Shown here: positions 20,394 to 30,916 of the stretch, one piece after another
Layout: each line of letters begins with the position of its first letter
Numbering within the stretch: the first letter of the stretch is position 1
Assembly (NCBI GenBank): GCA_963752805.1
Contig: CAVWAA010000027.1
Coordinates: 947 to 64,946, forward strand
Reading direction: 5' to 3'
DNA from: Candidatus Binataceae bacterium
GTDB lineage: Bacteria; Desulfobacterota; Binatia; Binatales; Binataceae
DNA length: 64,000 bases
The notes under the pieces: model-generated
What the model was told of the DNA's origin: nothing
What the model saw: only the letters and a program-made list of their open reading frames with translations
Database searches by the model: none
Position numbers and translations under genes: made by a program

Positions 20394-23300
20394 CAATAAG
20401 AGCCTTGGCCTCTTTGAGATCGAGCGTGTCGAAGCCCTCGGTGAACCAGTTGTAGATTTCGGCAAGCATCGTCCGCGCCTCCTCGCGCCGGCCCCGAGAG
20501 TCGAGCAACCGCGCGAGGCTCATCGTTGCACGGAGCTCAAGCGATTTTGCGCCTTGCCGCCGCGCGACTTCGATTGCATCACCAAAGCATCGAGCAGCTT
20601 CTACTACCGTACTTTGGTCGTCGATCAGTAGAAGCTCACCTTTGAGCCTTCGCATTTCGGCTTCATTTATCCTGGTGCCGGTGCGCTGTACCAGTTCGAG
20701 TCCCGCACTCACCGCCTCGAGTCCCTCCCGTGGGCGGCCAGCTGCCAAATAAGCTTCCGCGATCCCTACAGACGTGAAATATGCGGGGTCGGCCCCAGCG
20801 GTTTTCATGTAAGTCTGGTATCGCAGCATTTCCGAGAGCCCCTCTTCGATCTGTCCCAACTGCGCCAGGGCCCTACCGTGGACGAAGACCGCTGGGTTGC
20901 CCATCAAAAAACCATGTTCGTGGCCCACCCTGACGGCTTCGTCGGAGTGCGAGGCGGCAGTCTTCGGATCTCTGAGCAGCAGGCTGAGGTGAGCAGAGAA
21001 GGATAGCGCCAAAGCCAAATCCCCAAGGGAGGCCGTTACTTCGCGGCCGATGGCCAACGATTTTCTGTTACTGGCCTGGGCGCGCTCCGGATAGCCCAAA
21101 AAACACAACGCAAAGCTATTAACCGCCCAAAACTCTATTGCCTCTAACGGCTTGGTCCCAACCGGAAGCTTGGAAACACGATTGAACTCCTCTAAAGCCG
21201 CGATGAAGTTCCCCTCAAATGTGAACGCAATTGCGAGCTCGCACCGCGCACGCGCGACCAATTCGGCATCGGCTGCCTGTATCGCGATTCCCTTAAGTTC
21301 CTCGAGCAGCGTGCGCGATTTTTGTGCGTCTCCTCCGACCTGATATGCGCGCGCGAGCGAGCGCACAATTTCGAAACGGCTGACGTCGTCGCCAGCCTTC
21401 TCGGAGACTTGGCGCGCTTGCTTTAGGATTTCGACAGCTGCCGAAGAACTGCCAATGTACGTCCGGCAGCGGGCCTGACTAAGCAGCAAAGCAAGCTCGG
21501 TTCGAGCTCGCTCCGGATCACCAGGTAGTGTCCGGAGTAAGTCGAGAGCGGCGGCGAGCTGACCTTCGGCTTCCGCATAGGCGGAACGATCCATCGCCTG
21601 CTGAGCGGCCAGCCGCAGGTAGTTCACCGCCTTCAGCGCGTTGGCGCTGCGACCATAATGATGCGCGAGGTCCGTCGAATGATCGGCGAGATTCGTAGCG
21701 AAAAGCGATTCGGCCGCCATCGCCGCGCGCTCATGCAGAAGCTTGCGGCGCTCGGCCAGGAGCGAGTTGTAGGCGACCTCCTGGGTGAGCGCGTGCTTGA
21801 AGATATACTCGATATCGCCGGAGGCCGGCTGCTCGTAGATGAACTCGCCCAGTTGCAGATCATTGAGCAAGCGGTCGAGTTCGTCATCCGATTTCGTCAC
21901 CACCGCTCCAATCAGCGACAGCGGGAATTCGCGGCCGATCACGGCGAGCGTTTGCAGCAAGCTCCTTCGCCATCGGCGGCAGGCGGTCGATGCGCGCGGC
22001 AAGAATCCCTTGCACCGTCGGCGGAATCTTGAGCGCATTCAGCGGCTTCGTCAGCTTCACCGCCCCGTTGCGTAGCAGCGCGCCATCGTCGAACAGCGCC
22101 TGGACAATTTCTTCCATGAAGAACGGGGTGCCTTCGGTCTCGTCGATGATCAGCCGCTTGAGCGGAATCATATCTTGCACGTCGCCCAACAGCGCCACGA
22201 GCATCTCGTCGGCTGCTTTCCTTGCCGAGCGGGTCGAGCCGCAATTGCGTGTAGTAAGTCTTGCTATTCCACTGATGTGAGTATTCCGGGCGATAATTGA
22301 CCAGCAGCAAAATCTTTGCGGTGCCGATCGAGTCGGCCAGCAGGTTCAGGAGCTCCTGGGTCTGCTCATCGATCCAGTGGAGGTCCTCGAAGATCACCAT
22401 CAGCGGCTGATTCAGAGACTCTCGCGCAGCAGGATCCGCTTGATCGCCTCCAGCATCCGCCTCTTCTTCAATTGCCCGTCCATCTGCGCCAGCGGGTCGT
22501 CGCCCTCGACGATGCCGTAGCAGACTGAAACAGATAAGGCAGCGTATCCTCCAGCGCCCGATCGAGGATAGTGATCTTGCCGGCAACTTTTTCGCGCCGA
22601 GTCCGCTCATCATCCTCGCTGCGCGATCTTGAAATAGCCATGCAGGAGATCGATTACCGGCAGATAGGCGCTGGCCTTGCCGTGCGAGATCGAAATGGTC
22701 TCCAGCACCATGCCAGCCCGATTGCGAGAGTCGCCTTGAACTCGAAGAACAGGCGCGACTTGCCGACCCCAGGTTCCGCCGTTGCCGCCACGATCTGCCC
22801 ATGCCCAGCCTTGGCTTGTTGGAGTGCGTGCTTAAGCGCCTCCATTTCACGCGCGCGGCCCACAAACTTGGTCAGACCCCGGCCGGCCGCCCGTTGCAAG
22901 CGCGTCCGCAAAGGTCCCAGCCCTAGCACCTCATACACGTTGACCGGCTCGCTCACACCCTTAAGGCGTGTTGGCCCGCGCGGCTTAAGCTGGAAATATC
23001 CTTCCACCAAACGGCTGGTGAACTCGGTGATTGCGATCGAGCCTGTCGGCGCAACCGCCTGCATCCGGGAGGCTAGATTAGCAGTGTGTCCGATCGGGCT
23101 ATACTCCGTGTGCCCGTCGGCAGTGGCCAATGTCCTTACCACTAGTTCACCGGTGTGGACACCAACCCGCGCCTCTAATGGAATGCCGCCATCGGCAATC
23201 AATTTCGCCGAGTAAGCCCTAATCGCATCCTGCAGCCGCAAGGCAGCATAAAGGGCCCGCTGCGGATGGTCTTCATGGGCCAGCGGCGCCCCGAACAAGG

Positions 23301-23748
23301 CAAAGATCCCATCGCCGGTTGACTGCACGAGGTAACCATCGTAACGGCCGACCGCTTCGCGCATGATCATCAGCGCGGGATCGATGATGGCGCGCGCTTG
23401 TTCCGGGTCGAGTTCCTCCATCAGCTCAGTCGAGCCCTTGAGGTCGGCAAACAGCGCGGTGACGGTCTTGCGCTCGCCGTCGACAACAGCAGGGCCTGTC
23501 CGCTCGGCTGAAATCACAACATCAGGCGTGTTTGAAGAGGAACTGGGTGACAGAGGGCTAGCGTTCCTGGCTAAGAGCGCCGTCCCGCAATCACCGCAAA
23601 AGCGTTGGCCCGGTGGATTCTCCGCGCCGCATTTCGGGCAGAGGTTGGTTAACGGCGCGCCGCAATCACCACAGAATTTCTTTCCGGCGGGGTTGTCGCT
23701 CCCACATTTCGAACAGCGCATGTCCCCAGTCAATTGCCTATCAGGCAT
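20380..23748 (-). pseudogene. double zinc ribbon / class III adenylate-guanylate cyclase / AAA(STAND-like) ATPase / TPR protein, copy A, at least 6 frameshifts
   Basis: Collinear fragments lie in different frames: CSKCGS..FCGDCG zinc ribbons, cyclase (ALFADLKGSTEL...VQSTGDGIFALFGAP), Walker A EPGVGKSRL, then ISISHGKASAYLPVIDLL, EKVAGKITILDRALEDTLPYL, GIVEGDDPLAQMDGQLKKRR, ESLNQPLMVIFEDLHWIDEQ...LVNYRPEY, ADEMLVALLGD...TEGTPFFMEEI, LLQTLAVIGREFPL...TPR...IYNWFTEGFDTLDLKEAKALIDELN. Frame switches near 22730, 22615, 22525, 22418, 22215 and 21960. Likely ATG at 23721. Confidence 0.82.
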
Positions 23749-23756
23749 TTTCTGAG

Positions 23757-23921
23757 AGTGGCACAGGCTTTAGCCTGTGATGCTCTTAATGAACCAACCA
23801 GGTATTCGGATTTCCATCGGTCGATCGGCTGGAAGCTGCCCGAGCCAGGATCTGAAGGTTGCTTACTGCGCATTCGTGCCATTCCAAACTAACAGAAACA
23901 CAGGCTAAAGCCTGTGCCACT
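23757..23921. repeat. MITE-like element: perfect 23-bp inverted repeats around a 119-bp ORF-free core
   Basis: 23757-23779 AGTGGCACAGGCTTTAGCCTGTG is the exact reverse complement of 23899-23921. Each arm is itself a 7-bp-stem hairpin (CACAGGC-nnnn-GCCTGTG). TGAG lies directly outside both arms. Confidence 0.55.
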
Positions 23922-23965
23922 TGAGAGCGGGCCTCTTCGCCGGGCTAGAGCGTCAAGGCTCTGGC

Positions 23966-26900
23966 TCATCGCACGGCCAGCTCGTCCAGCAGCGCCTTCC
24001 CCTCTTTCAAATCGGCGGTGTCAAACCCTTCGGTGAACCAGTTGTAGATCTCAGTAAGCATGGAGCGGGCTTCGTCATGACGGCCCTGCTTCATGAGCAG
24101 CCGCGCCAGGCTTATCGTTGCGCGCAATTCGAACGACCTCGCCTGCTGCCGGCGCGCAATTGCGATTGCGGAATTGAATGCGGCTTCGGCTTCGTTGAGA
24201 GCTCCTCCCGCGCATCACAATGAATTCGCCCTTGAGTCGATGGAGGTCCGACTCGAACAGCCCTGAGCCGCCTGCGGCAACTCCGGCTATCGCCCGCTCC
24301 ACGACCGCACCTCCTTCAGCAACCCGCCGCGCGTTTACGTATGCTCCGGCGGCGAGCCAGTCAGCCAGATGTTGATCCCAAGCTGCCTCAGCACCAGCAC
24401 GGATTGCCGTCAGCTTTTCGATTCCCTCATCAGCAGCTCCTTCCGCCACCATGATCTTTGCCAGCCTGCTCGTTCCAATAACGATACTCCAGCGGTTGCC
24501 GCCTTGGGTCGAGCGGTCAACCATCTCGTCCGCCTGGGCTCGCGCGCCGAGGTAGTCACGCAAGAAGTCGCAACGCATCGTCAGCAGATGGTGTATTCCA
24601 ATCGCATACGCAGTGAGGGGAAGTGATTGGCGCAGCAACTCAGCCAGACGCTCCGCGTGGCGCCGAGCTTGGTCTGGGTAACCTGAGATCCAGCAAACAG
24701 TAGCCAGAGGGCCGATGCAATTGGAGCAGGCCCAGAGCTATATTTAGGTCCGCAATTATTAAGTCCTGCGTCTGCTCGACTAATTCCCACCGCTCGTTCG
24801 AGATGCTCGCGAGCCGCAATATATTCCCCTTTTTCGGCGGCAAACAGCCCCGAAATAAAATTCCCACAGAAAATCTGAAACTCGTCGGCGACTCTCCTCC
24901 GCCAATTCCAATGCGCTCGCCGGGCAAACATTCCAGCTTTGTCCAATCGTTCGGACGATGAAGAAAAAGAATAAATGAACGAGCACCGAAGCAAGGAGTC
25001 GCGTATCACCCGTCTCTTCACAGAGTTCCCGTAGGCGCTCGGAGTTTAGTTAGAATCTCCAGCGTATGCGAGAGCGCGGCGGCTACCAACGGTGCCATCA
25101 GCGCCCTCCGGATGGCAAGTTCATGCGTATCACGAGCCTTGACCGGGGTCCAGTTTCTCCAGTAACTCAAGGGCGCTGTTAAGCTGCTCGATGGCTTCTT
25201 CGTAGAAGGACGCACTGCGGCCTGTTCGCCCGCTCGTCGCAGATATTCGATGGCCTTGACGGTATCGTTACTGCGGCGATAGTGATGCGCGAGGTCTTTA
25301 AAATAGTCGTCGAGGCGATCGGCGAACAACGACTCCATTGCTCGAGCGATCCGCTCATGCAACAGCTTGCGGTGTTCGATCAGTAGCGAGTTGTAGGCAA
25401 CCTCCTGGGTCAGTGCATGCTTGAAGATGTATTCGACATCCCTCGCCGCCGGCTGCTCATGGACGAATTCGGCGCTCTGCAGATGGGCGAGCGCGCCATC
25501 AAGTCGCGACTCTGAGCAACCTGCCACCTGCTGTGCCAGCCGCAAAGGAAACTCACGCCCGATGGCCGCAAGAGTTTGTAGCAGCTCTTTTTCTTCACGC
25601 GGCAGCCGATCGATGCGCGCAGCCAACATCCCCTGGACCGTAGTTGGAATGCTCTTCTGCGAAAATGGACGTGCCAGCTTCACCTGACCGTTGCCGTCAA
25701 CACGCCTTCTTCGAACAGCGCTTGAACGATCTCCTCGATAAAGAATGGATTGCCCTCGGTTCTCGCTGCGATCGTCTGCTTCACCGGCGCCAGCTCGGGC
25801 GCGTCACCGAGCAGAGCCGCGAGCATCTCGTCCGCACCTTCGGGACCGAGCGGGTCGAGCCGAAGCTGAGTATAGTAACTGCGGCCACCCCAGTCGTGCC
25901 GGTACTCGGGGCGATAATTCACCAGCAACAGCACGCGTGCGCTGGCGATGCAATCGCACAGCATGTCGAGCAGAGCCTTGAGTGTCGGCATCAATCCAGT
26001 GAAGGTCCTCGAAAATCACGATCAGTGGCTGATTCAGGCTCTCGCGCAACAGTACGCGTTTGATCGCATCATAAGTGCGGCGCCGCCTGAATCTGAGCGT
26101 CCATCTCTGCCAGTGAAGCATCGCTTTCAGCAATTCCAAGCAGCGCGTAAAGATAAGGCAGGGTATCTTCAAGGCTGCGGTCCAGAATTACTATCTTGCC
26201 CGCTACCTTTTCGCGTCGCTGGCGGGCGCCGTCTTCTGGAACGATCCGGAAGTAGTCGCGCAGCAACTCGGTAACCGGCAGATAGGTAGAGGCCTTGCCG
26301 TGCGAGATTGAGTAGGCTTCCAGCAACAGAGTGCCGGTTTGGGAAAGCGCCTTGAACTCATGAAAGAGCCGCGACTTGCCGACCCCCGGTTCGCCGACCG
26401 CGGCGACCATCTGCCCGTGACCCGCTACGCGCCATTTCGAGCGGCATGCTTCAATCTGTTTGAGCTCGGCCTCGCGACTGACGAACCTGGTGAGGCCGCG
26501 CCCCGCCGAGCGCTGAAAACGGGTGCGTAACGGGCCGAGGCTGAGCACTTCATAAGCATTGAGCGGCGTAGCAATACCCTTGAGGGTGACGTGCCCGAGG
26601 GGGCGCATCAGGAAATAGCCGTCAACGAGTCCCCGGGTATCCTCCGTCACGACAATCGAGCCCGAAGGCGCGATAGTCTGCATGCGCGACGCCAGGTTGG
26701 CCGTGTGACCGACCGGGCTATATTCGGAATGTCCCCCGCCGGTCAGGATCGACCTCATCACAACCTCCCCGGTGTTGGCGCCAATCCGCGCTTCGATCGG
26801 CGATCCACCGCGGGCGCGCAATCCGGCCGAGTAGCGCCGGAGTTCGTCCTGGAGACGAAGTGCGGCATAGACCGCGCGCTGAGGATGGTCCTCGTGTGCG

Positions 26901-27343
26901 ACCGGCGCGCCGAACAGAGCGAAAATACCGTCGCCCGTGGACTGAACGACGTATCCGTCGTAACGATGGACGGCTTCAATCATCAGCTTGAGGGCTGGAT
27001 CCACGATTGCCCGCGCCTGTTCGGGATCGAGGTCCTCCATCAGCTCGGTCGAGCCTTTGATGTCGGCGAACAGTGCGGTCACAGTCTTGCGCTCGCCATC
27101 GGCGACGGCGGAATTCGTCGCCTCGGCCGAGATCGCTATGTCAGCGGAGCCCAACGAGGACGTTGGCGACTGAGCGGTAGCACTAGTGGCCGCCAGTGCG
27201 GTGCCGCAATCGCCGCAGAAGCGTTTGCCCGGCGGATTCTCTGCGTCACATTTCGGACAACGGTTTGTTAACGGCGCGCCGCAATCACCGCAGAATTTCT
27301 TGGTGGCAGGGCTCTCGCTCCCGCATTTCGAGCAGCGCATCAA
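23966..27343 (-). pseudogene. double zinc ribbon / class III adenylate-guanylate cyclase / AAA(STAND-like) ATPase / TPR protein, copy C, at least 8 frame disruptions
   Basis: Same domain order as copy A. The N-terminal 424 aa are intact (ATG 27340; zinc ribbons, cyclase, Walker A GEPGVGKSRL). The rest is spread over ORFs 25804-26172, 25680-25994, 25018-25683, 24581-25021 and 24075-24638 in changing frames. The family C-terminus IYNWFTEGFDTADLKEGKALLDELAVR-stop (stop at 23966-23968) is readable only after a further shift near 24215. Confidence 0.8.
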
Positions 27344-27827
27344 TTCACCAATCGCGCGGAGATTCTCACCTCATTTATCACTCCGCCGGTAGCGCGACTA
27401 CTCCGGTGTGCGGCAGAGCCTAACCATACACCATGCCAGGAGTGGCCGTAGAACTGGCAGTTTGCTCATTTGCCTGTCCGGCTGACCGATTCGGACAGAT
27501 GAGCATCAATCCGGAATTCGGCCAATAGCGCCTTTGCTTGAAGACACTTTTCTGCCACTGGGCCGCGGACCGGCCTTTATCTAGCCCGCGAAGCGGGCGC
27601 CACGGTATTGGGGTTTAGATAGTTCGCCCGGTAGGGCGATCCTTAGGGGTAAGCCGGGTGGGCTGTGGTTTGAGCCGGCTAGGGGCGAAGCCCCTATTGA
27701 GGCGGGGGTTTGTGGTTGAGGAGTTAAAGGGATCAATAATATGCTGTTAAATCGTTAAGAGGTGTAAAAAGTGCTTATTATTTGCTCGATTTTAGCCATC
27801 CCCTGCGTGCGCCTCATAGCACGATAG

Positions 27828-28013
27828 TCGACCAATTGAAGCCGAGCTCGATCAGGCAAAGACACAGCTCGACCACCTGAAGAGAAAGCTCGAGCGGTTA
27901 ACGATCAAGAAACCCTGAGAGATGGACGAGCTTAGAGTCCATGGGAGCGAGGGAAATTGTTCTGCCTATTTCCCTCGTACTGGTGGTTTCTTGGTCAGGG
28001 AATGCGCCTCGTG
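27828..28013. repeat. direct repeat copy R2 (~186 bp) bracketing the cyclase islet
   Basis: See R1. Carries the same two hairpins (27922-27942 and 27948-27977) with identical stems and loops. Confidence 0.85.
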
Positions 28014-28106
28014 AGTGCGAACGTTGGCCACCGTATTTGGGTCTGCGCCCGCGAATTCTTGCTTTTGGTGATTGCCGCTTTTTAATGATTATCGGATGAT
28101 TGCGTA

Positions 28107-29804
28107 TCACTGGCGGGCGCGATTTACCAGTTCGCGGGCAGCCCGCAGGAACTTGTCGCTGCCATCATCGCCGCCGAGCATGCGGGCGATCTCAGCGGCG
28201 CGATCAGGGGGCTCGAGTTCGCTCACGTAACTGCGGGTCGAGCCTCGCCGTTCTTCTTTCTCAACGACGAAATGGCGATCGGCGAAAGCCGCGATTTGAG
28301 CAAGATGGGTCACACAGAGGATTTGATGAAAGCGGGCGAGCTGCTTGAGCTTGCGCCCGACGATCTCGGCCGCGGCCCCTCCGATTCCAGCATCGACCTC
28401 ATCGAATATCAGTGTGGCAACGCCTCGGCGCTGAGCCTCGAGCCGCTTCAGCCCCAGCATTACGCGCGACAACTCGCCACCTGAAGCTACGCGCTGAAGC
28501 GGGATGGGTGCCTGACCGAGGTTGGGCGCGAGATAGAACTCGATGGTATCGATGCCTAACGGACCGGTGGCGATTCCGTCCTGAGTAAAATCGCCGTCCA
28601 TTCCGGCGAGGCGGCCCAGACGCGCGTCGAACTCTGCATTGCGCATCCCCAGGGATTTGAGTTCCGCCTCCATTCGATGCTTCAGTTCGACCGCGTCACG
28701 TTCACGCCGGCTGCTAAGCCGCCGCGCGGCCTCGAACAGATGATCGAGCAAGCGGTGCATTTCGGCCTCGGCCGCGGCGCGGGTTTCGGTCGCGGCTTCG
28801 AGTTCCGCCATCTCGGCGCGCGAACGTGCGAGCGTTTCGAGCGCGCTTTCGATTGTGCCGCCGTACTTGCGCTTAAGCCGCGACAGTTCCTGCAATCGCG
28901 TCTCGATTTGTTCCAGCCGGAGCGGATCAGCCTCGATCCGTGCTGCATAAGCGGACAGCGTGCGGGCGGCTTCTTCAAGGTTGGCCTGCGCCGCCGAAAT
29001 CATTTCGAGTGCGCCATTAAGCACCGGATCAATCACGGCAGCCTCGGCCAACCGCGCTCGCGCCCGTGAGACGAGATCGACCGCAGCACCTTCCGCGCCA
29101 TAGAGCGCCTGCTCCGCAAGGCCAGCAGTCTCAGCCAGGCGAGTAGCATTGGCCAGTACAGTGCGTTCGGATGAGAGTTCGATGTCTTCTCCAACAATCA
29201 GCCTTGCGTTCTCGAGTTCCGAAACGCGGAAACGAGCAAGTTCGACGAGATCGCTGCGCTCGCGCTCGCGCCGTTCAAGTTCGGCCAGCCGGGCCCGGCT
29301 TTCTTTGGCATGTTGGTAAAGCTCACGATATGCGGCCAGTTCAGTTTCGAGTCCGGCGTGACGATCAAGAATCATCAAATGGTTTTCGCGCTGCAGCAAT
29401 GTCTGCTGCTCGTGCTGCCCATAAATTTGAACCAGTGCGGCCCCAAGCGGCGCCAGCGAATGCAAGGGCGCAAGATTCCCGTTGATCGAAACCCGTGAGC
29501 GGCCGGCCTCGGCGATTATGCGCCGGATTATCAGTTCGCGCCGGTTGTCGCGGTCGATCCACTCTGCGGCGCCGGCAATCGGGGCCTCGCCCTCGATTTC
29601 AAAGACACCTTCTACTATCGCCTCTCGTGCACCCATCCGAACGAGCTCTGGTGTCGCGCGACCACCCAGCAGCAGACCCAGCGCTGTCATGACAATAGTC
29701 TTGCCGGCGCCTGTTTCGCCTGAGAGAACATTAAGGCCGGCAGCGAAAGAGAGTGCCGCTTCCTCGATCACGGCAAAATTGCGAATACGCAGCTCCGTCA
29801 GCAT
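28107..29804 (-). CDS. recN: DNA repair protein RecN
   Basis: 565 aa; N-terminus MLTELRIRNFAVIEE...LSGETGAGKTIV (Walker A), long coiled coil, C-terminal ASGGELSRVMLGLK signature and LIFDEVDAGIGG Walker B. Confidence 0.93.
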   Translation of the reverse strand: MLTELRIRNFAVIEEAALSFAAGLNVLSGETGAGKTIVMTALGLLLGGRATPELVRMGAREAIVEGVFEIEGEAPIAGAAEWIDRDNRRELIIRRIIAEAGRSRVSINGNLAPLHSLAPLGAALVQIYGQHEQQTLLQRENHLMILDRHAGLETELAAYRELYQHAKESRARLAELERRERERSDLVELARFRVSELENARLIVGEDIELSSERTVLANATRLAETAGLAEQALYGAEGAAVDLVSRARARLAEAAVIDPVLNGALEMISAAQANLEEAARTLSAYAARIEADPLRLEQIETRLQELSRLKRKYGGTIESALETLARSRAEMAELEAATETRAAAEAEMHRLLDHLFEAARRLSSRRERDAVELKHRMEAELKSLGMRNAEFDARLGRLAGMDGDFTQDGIATGPLGIDTIEFYLAPNLGQAPIPLQRVASGGELSRVMLGLKRLEAQRRGVATLIFDEVDAGIGGAAAEIVGRKLKQLARFHQILCVTHLAQIAAFADRHFVVEKEERRGSTRSYVSELEPPDRAAEIARMLGGDDGSDKFLRAARELVNRARQ

Positions 29805-29810
29805 CGGCGC

Positions 29811-30683
29811 TCAGCCCCAGCGCAGCTTATCGCGCCAGATCTCGAAATAGGGATGGGCGGAGCGGACCAGCGCTACGACGTGTTTCCCACGCCGGACGTA
29901 TATGACGTCGCTTTGATCAAGATGGGCGGATTCCTGGCCGTCACACGTGAGTAATGCACCATGGTTGTCGCTCTTGATGCGCATCTCAAGTTCAAACGAA
30001 TCGGGCAGCACCACAGGGCGGTTACTGAGGGTATGGGGACAGATAGCCGCTAGTACGACCACTCGTAGGCTGGGAAAAACGATTGGACCCCCGGCGCTCA
30101 GTGCATGAGCCGTCGAGCCGGTTGGGGTTGCCACGATCAGCCCATCAGCGCGGTATGCGCAAAAGGGCTTGTGGTCGGCGACTACGTGCACATCGAGCAT
30201 CCGCCCAAACGCCCGTTTGACGATCACAACGTCGTTCAGCGCCCGAAAATGCTCCTCTTGTCCGCCTTGCTCGGGGGCACGCGCGACCACCGCCTCCAGC
30301 GTAATTCGGCGGTCAACTTCGTAATCGCCGTCAATTACCCGGGAAAGCGCATTGCGCGCTTCGTCTGTGGTTATTTCGGTGAGGAAACCGAGACCGCCGA
30401 GATTAATCCCGAGGATTGGCGTCTCGCGCTCACCCGTCATCCGCGCCGCGCCCAAAAATGTGCCATCGCCTCCAAGCACTACCACCAAGTCGGCCTCGCG
30501 TCCGAGTTGGGCCGGTTCCGCAGAACGCGCGCCAATGATCGGCGCGGTCAGGGGTTCGCTGAGCGCATCAAGGCCTCGCGATTTTATCCAGCCCGTGAGG
30601 TCAGTGGCGAGCGTGATTGCATGCTGCGGCCGATCCTGCCGCACCACCAGTCCGATCGAGCGAATAGGTTGTTTCTGGCTCAC
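29811..30683 (-). CDS. nadK: NAD(+) kinase
   Basis: 290 aa; GGDGTFLGAAR and NLGGLGFLTE motifs; conserved nadK-recN gene order. Confidence 0.92.
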   Translation of the reverse strand: MSQKQPIRSIGLVVRQDRPQHAITLATDLTGWIKSRGLDALSEPLTAPIIGARSAEPAQLGREADLVVVLGGDGTFLGAARMTGERETPILGINLGGLGFLTEITTDEARNALSRVIDGDYEVDRRITLEAVVARAPEQGGQEEHFRALNDVVIVKRAFGRMLDVHVVADHKPFCAYRADGLIVATPTGSTAHALSAGGPIVFPSLRVVVLAAICPHTLSNRPVVLPDSFELEMRIKSDNHGALLTCDGQESAHLDQSDVIYVRRGKHVVALVRSAHPYFEIWRDKLRWG

Positions 30684-30916
30684 CGCGTTTTTTCCATCAA
30701 TCTAGCACATGCCGCCGGCCATTTGGGGCAGGAGTTTCCGGCCCATTGACGTGCGCCCCTCTTTGTACACACCAAGCCTATTCGTGGCTCGGTGTTTGAC
30801 TGCCGCACAACCCGGCTGGTCAGCATGGCTTTTTCCGCTAGCGTAAATCATCGCGCGGCCTTAAAGCTCGCGACCACGTGAATTATAGAAGTGTGAGACA
30901 GCCTCTCACCAGCCGA

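Noticed and set aside
27560-27580. GCCACTG (B12-box-like heptamer) in the ORF-free region, considered as a cobalamin riboswitch
   Set aside because: None of the other conserved cobalamin-riboswitch blocks (GGTGAAAATCC-like, AGCCAGGAGACCTGCC-like) are present, and no B12-related gene is downstream.
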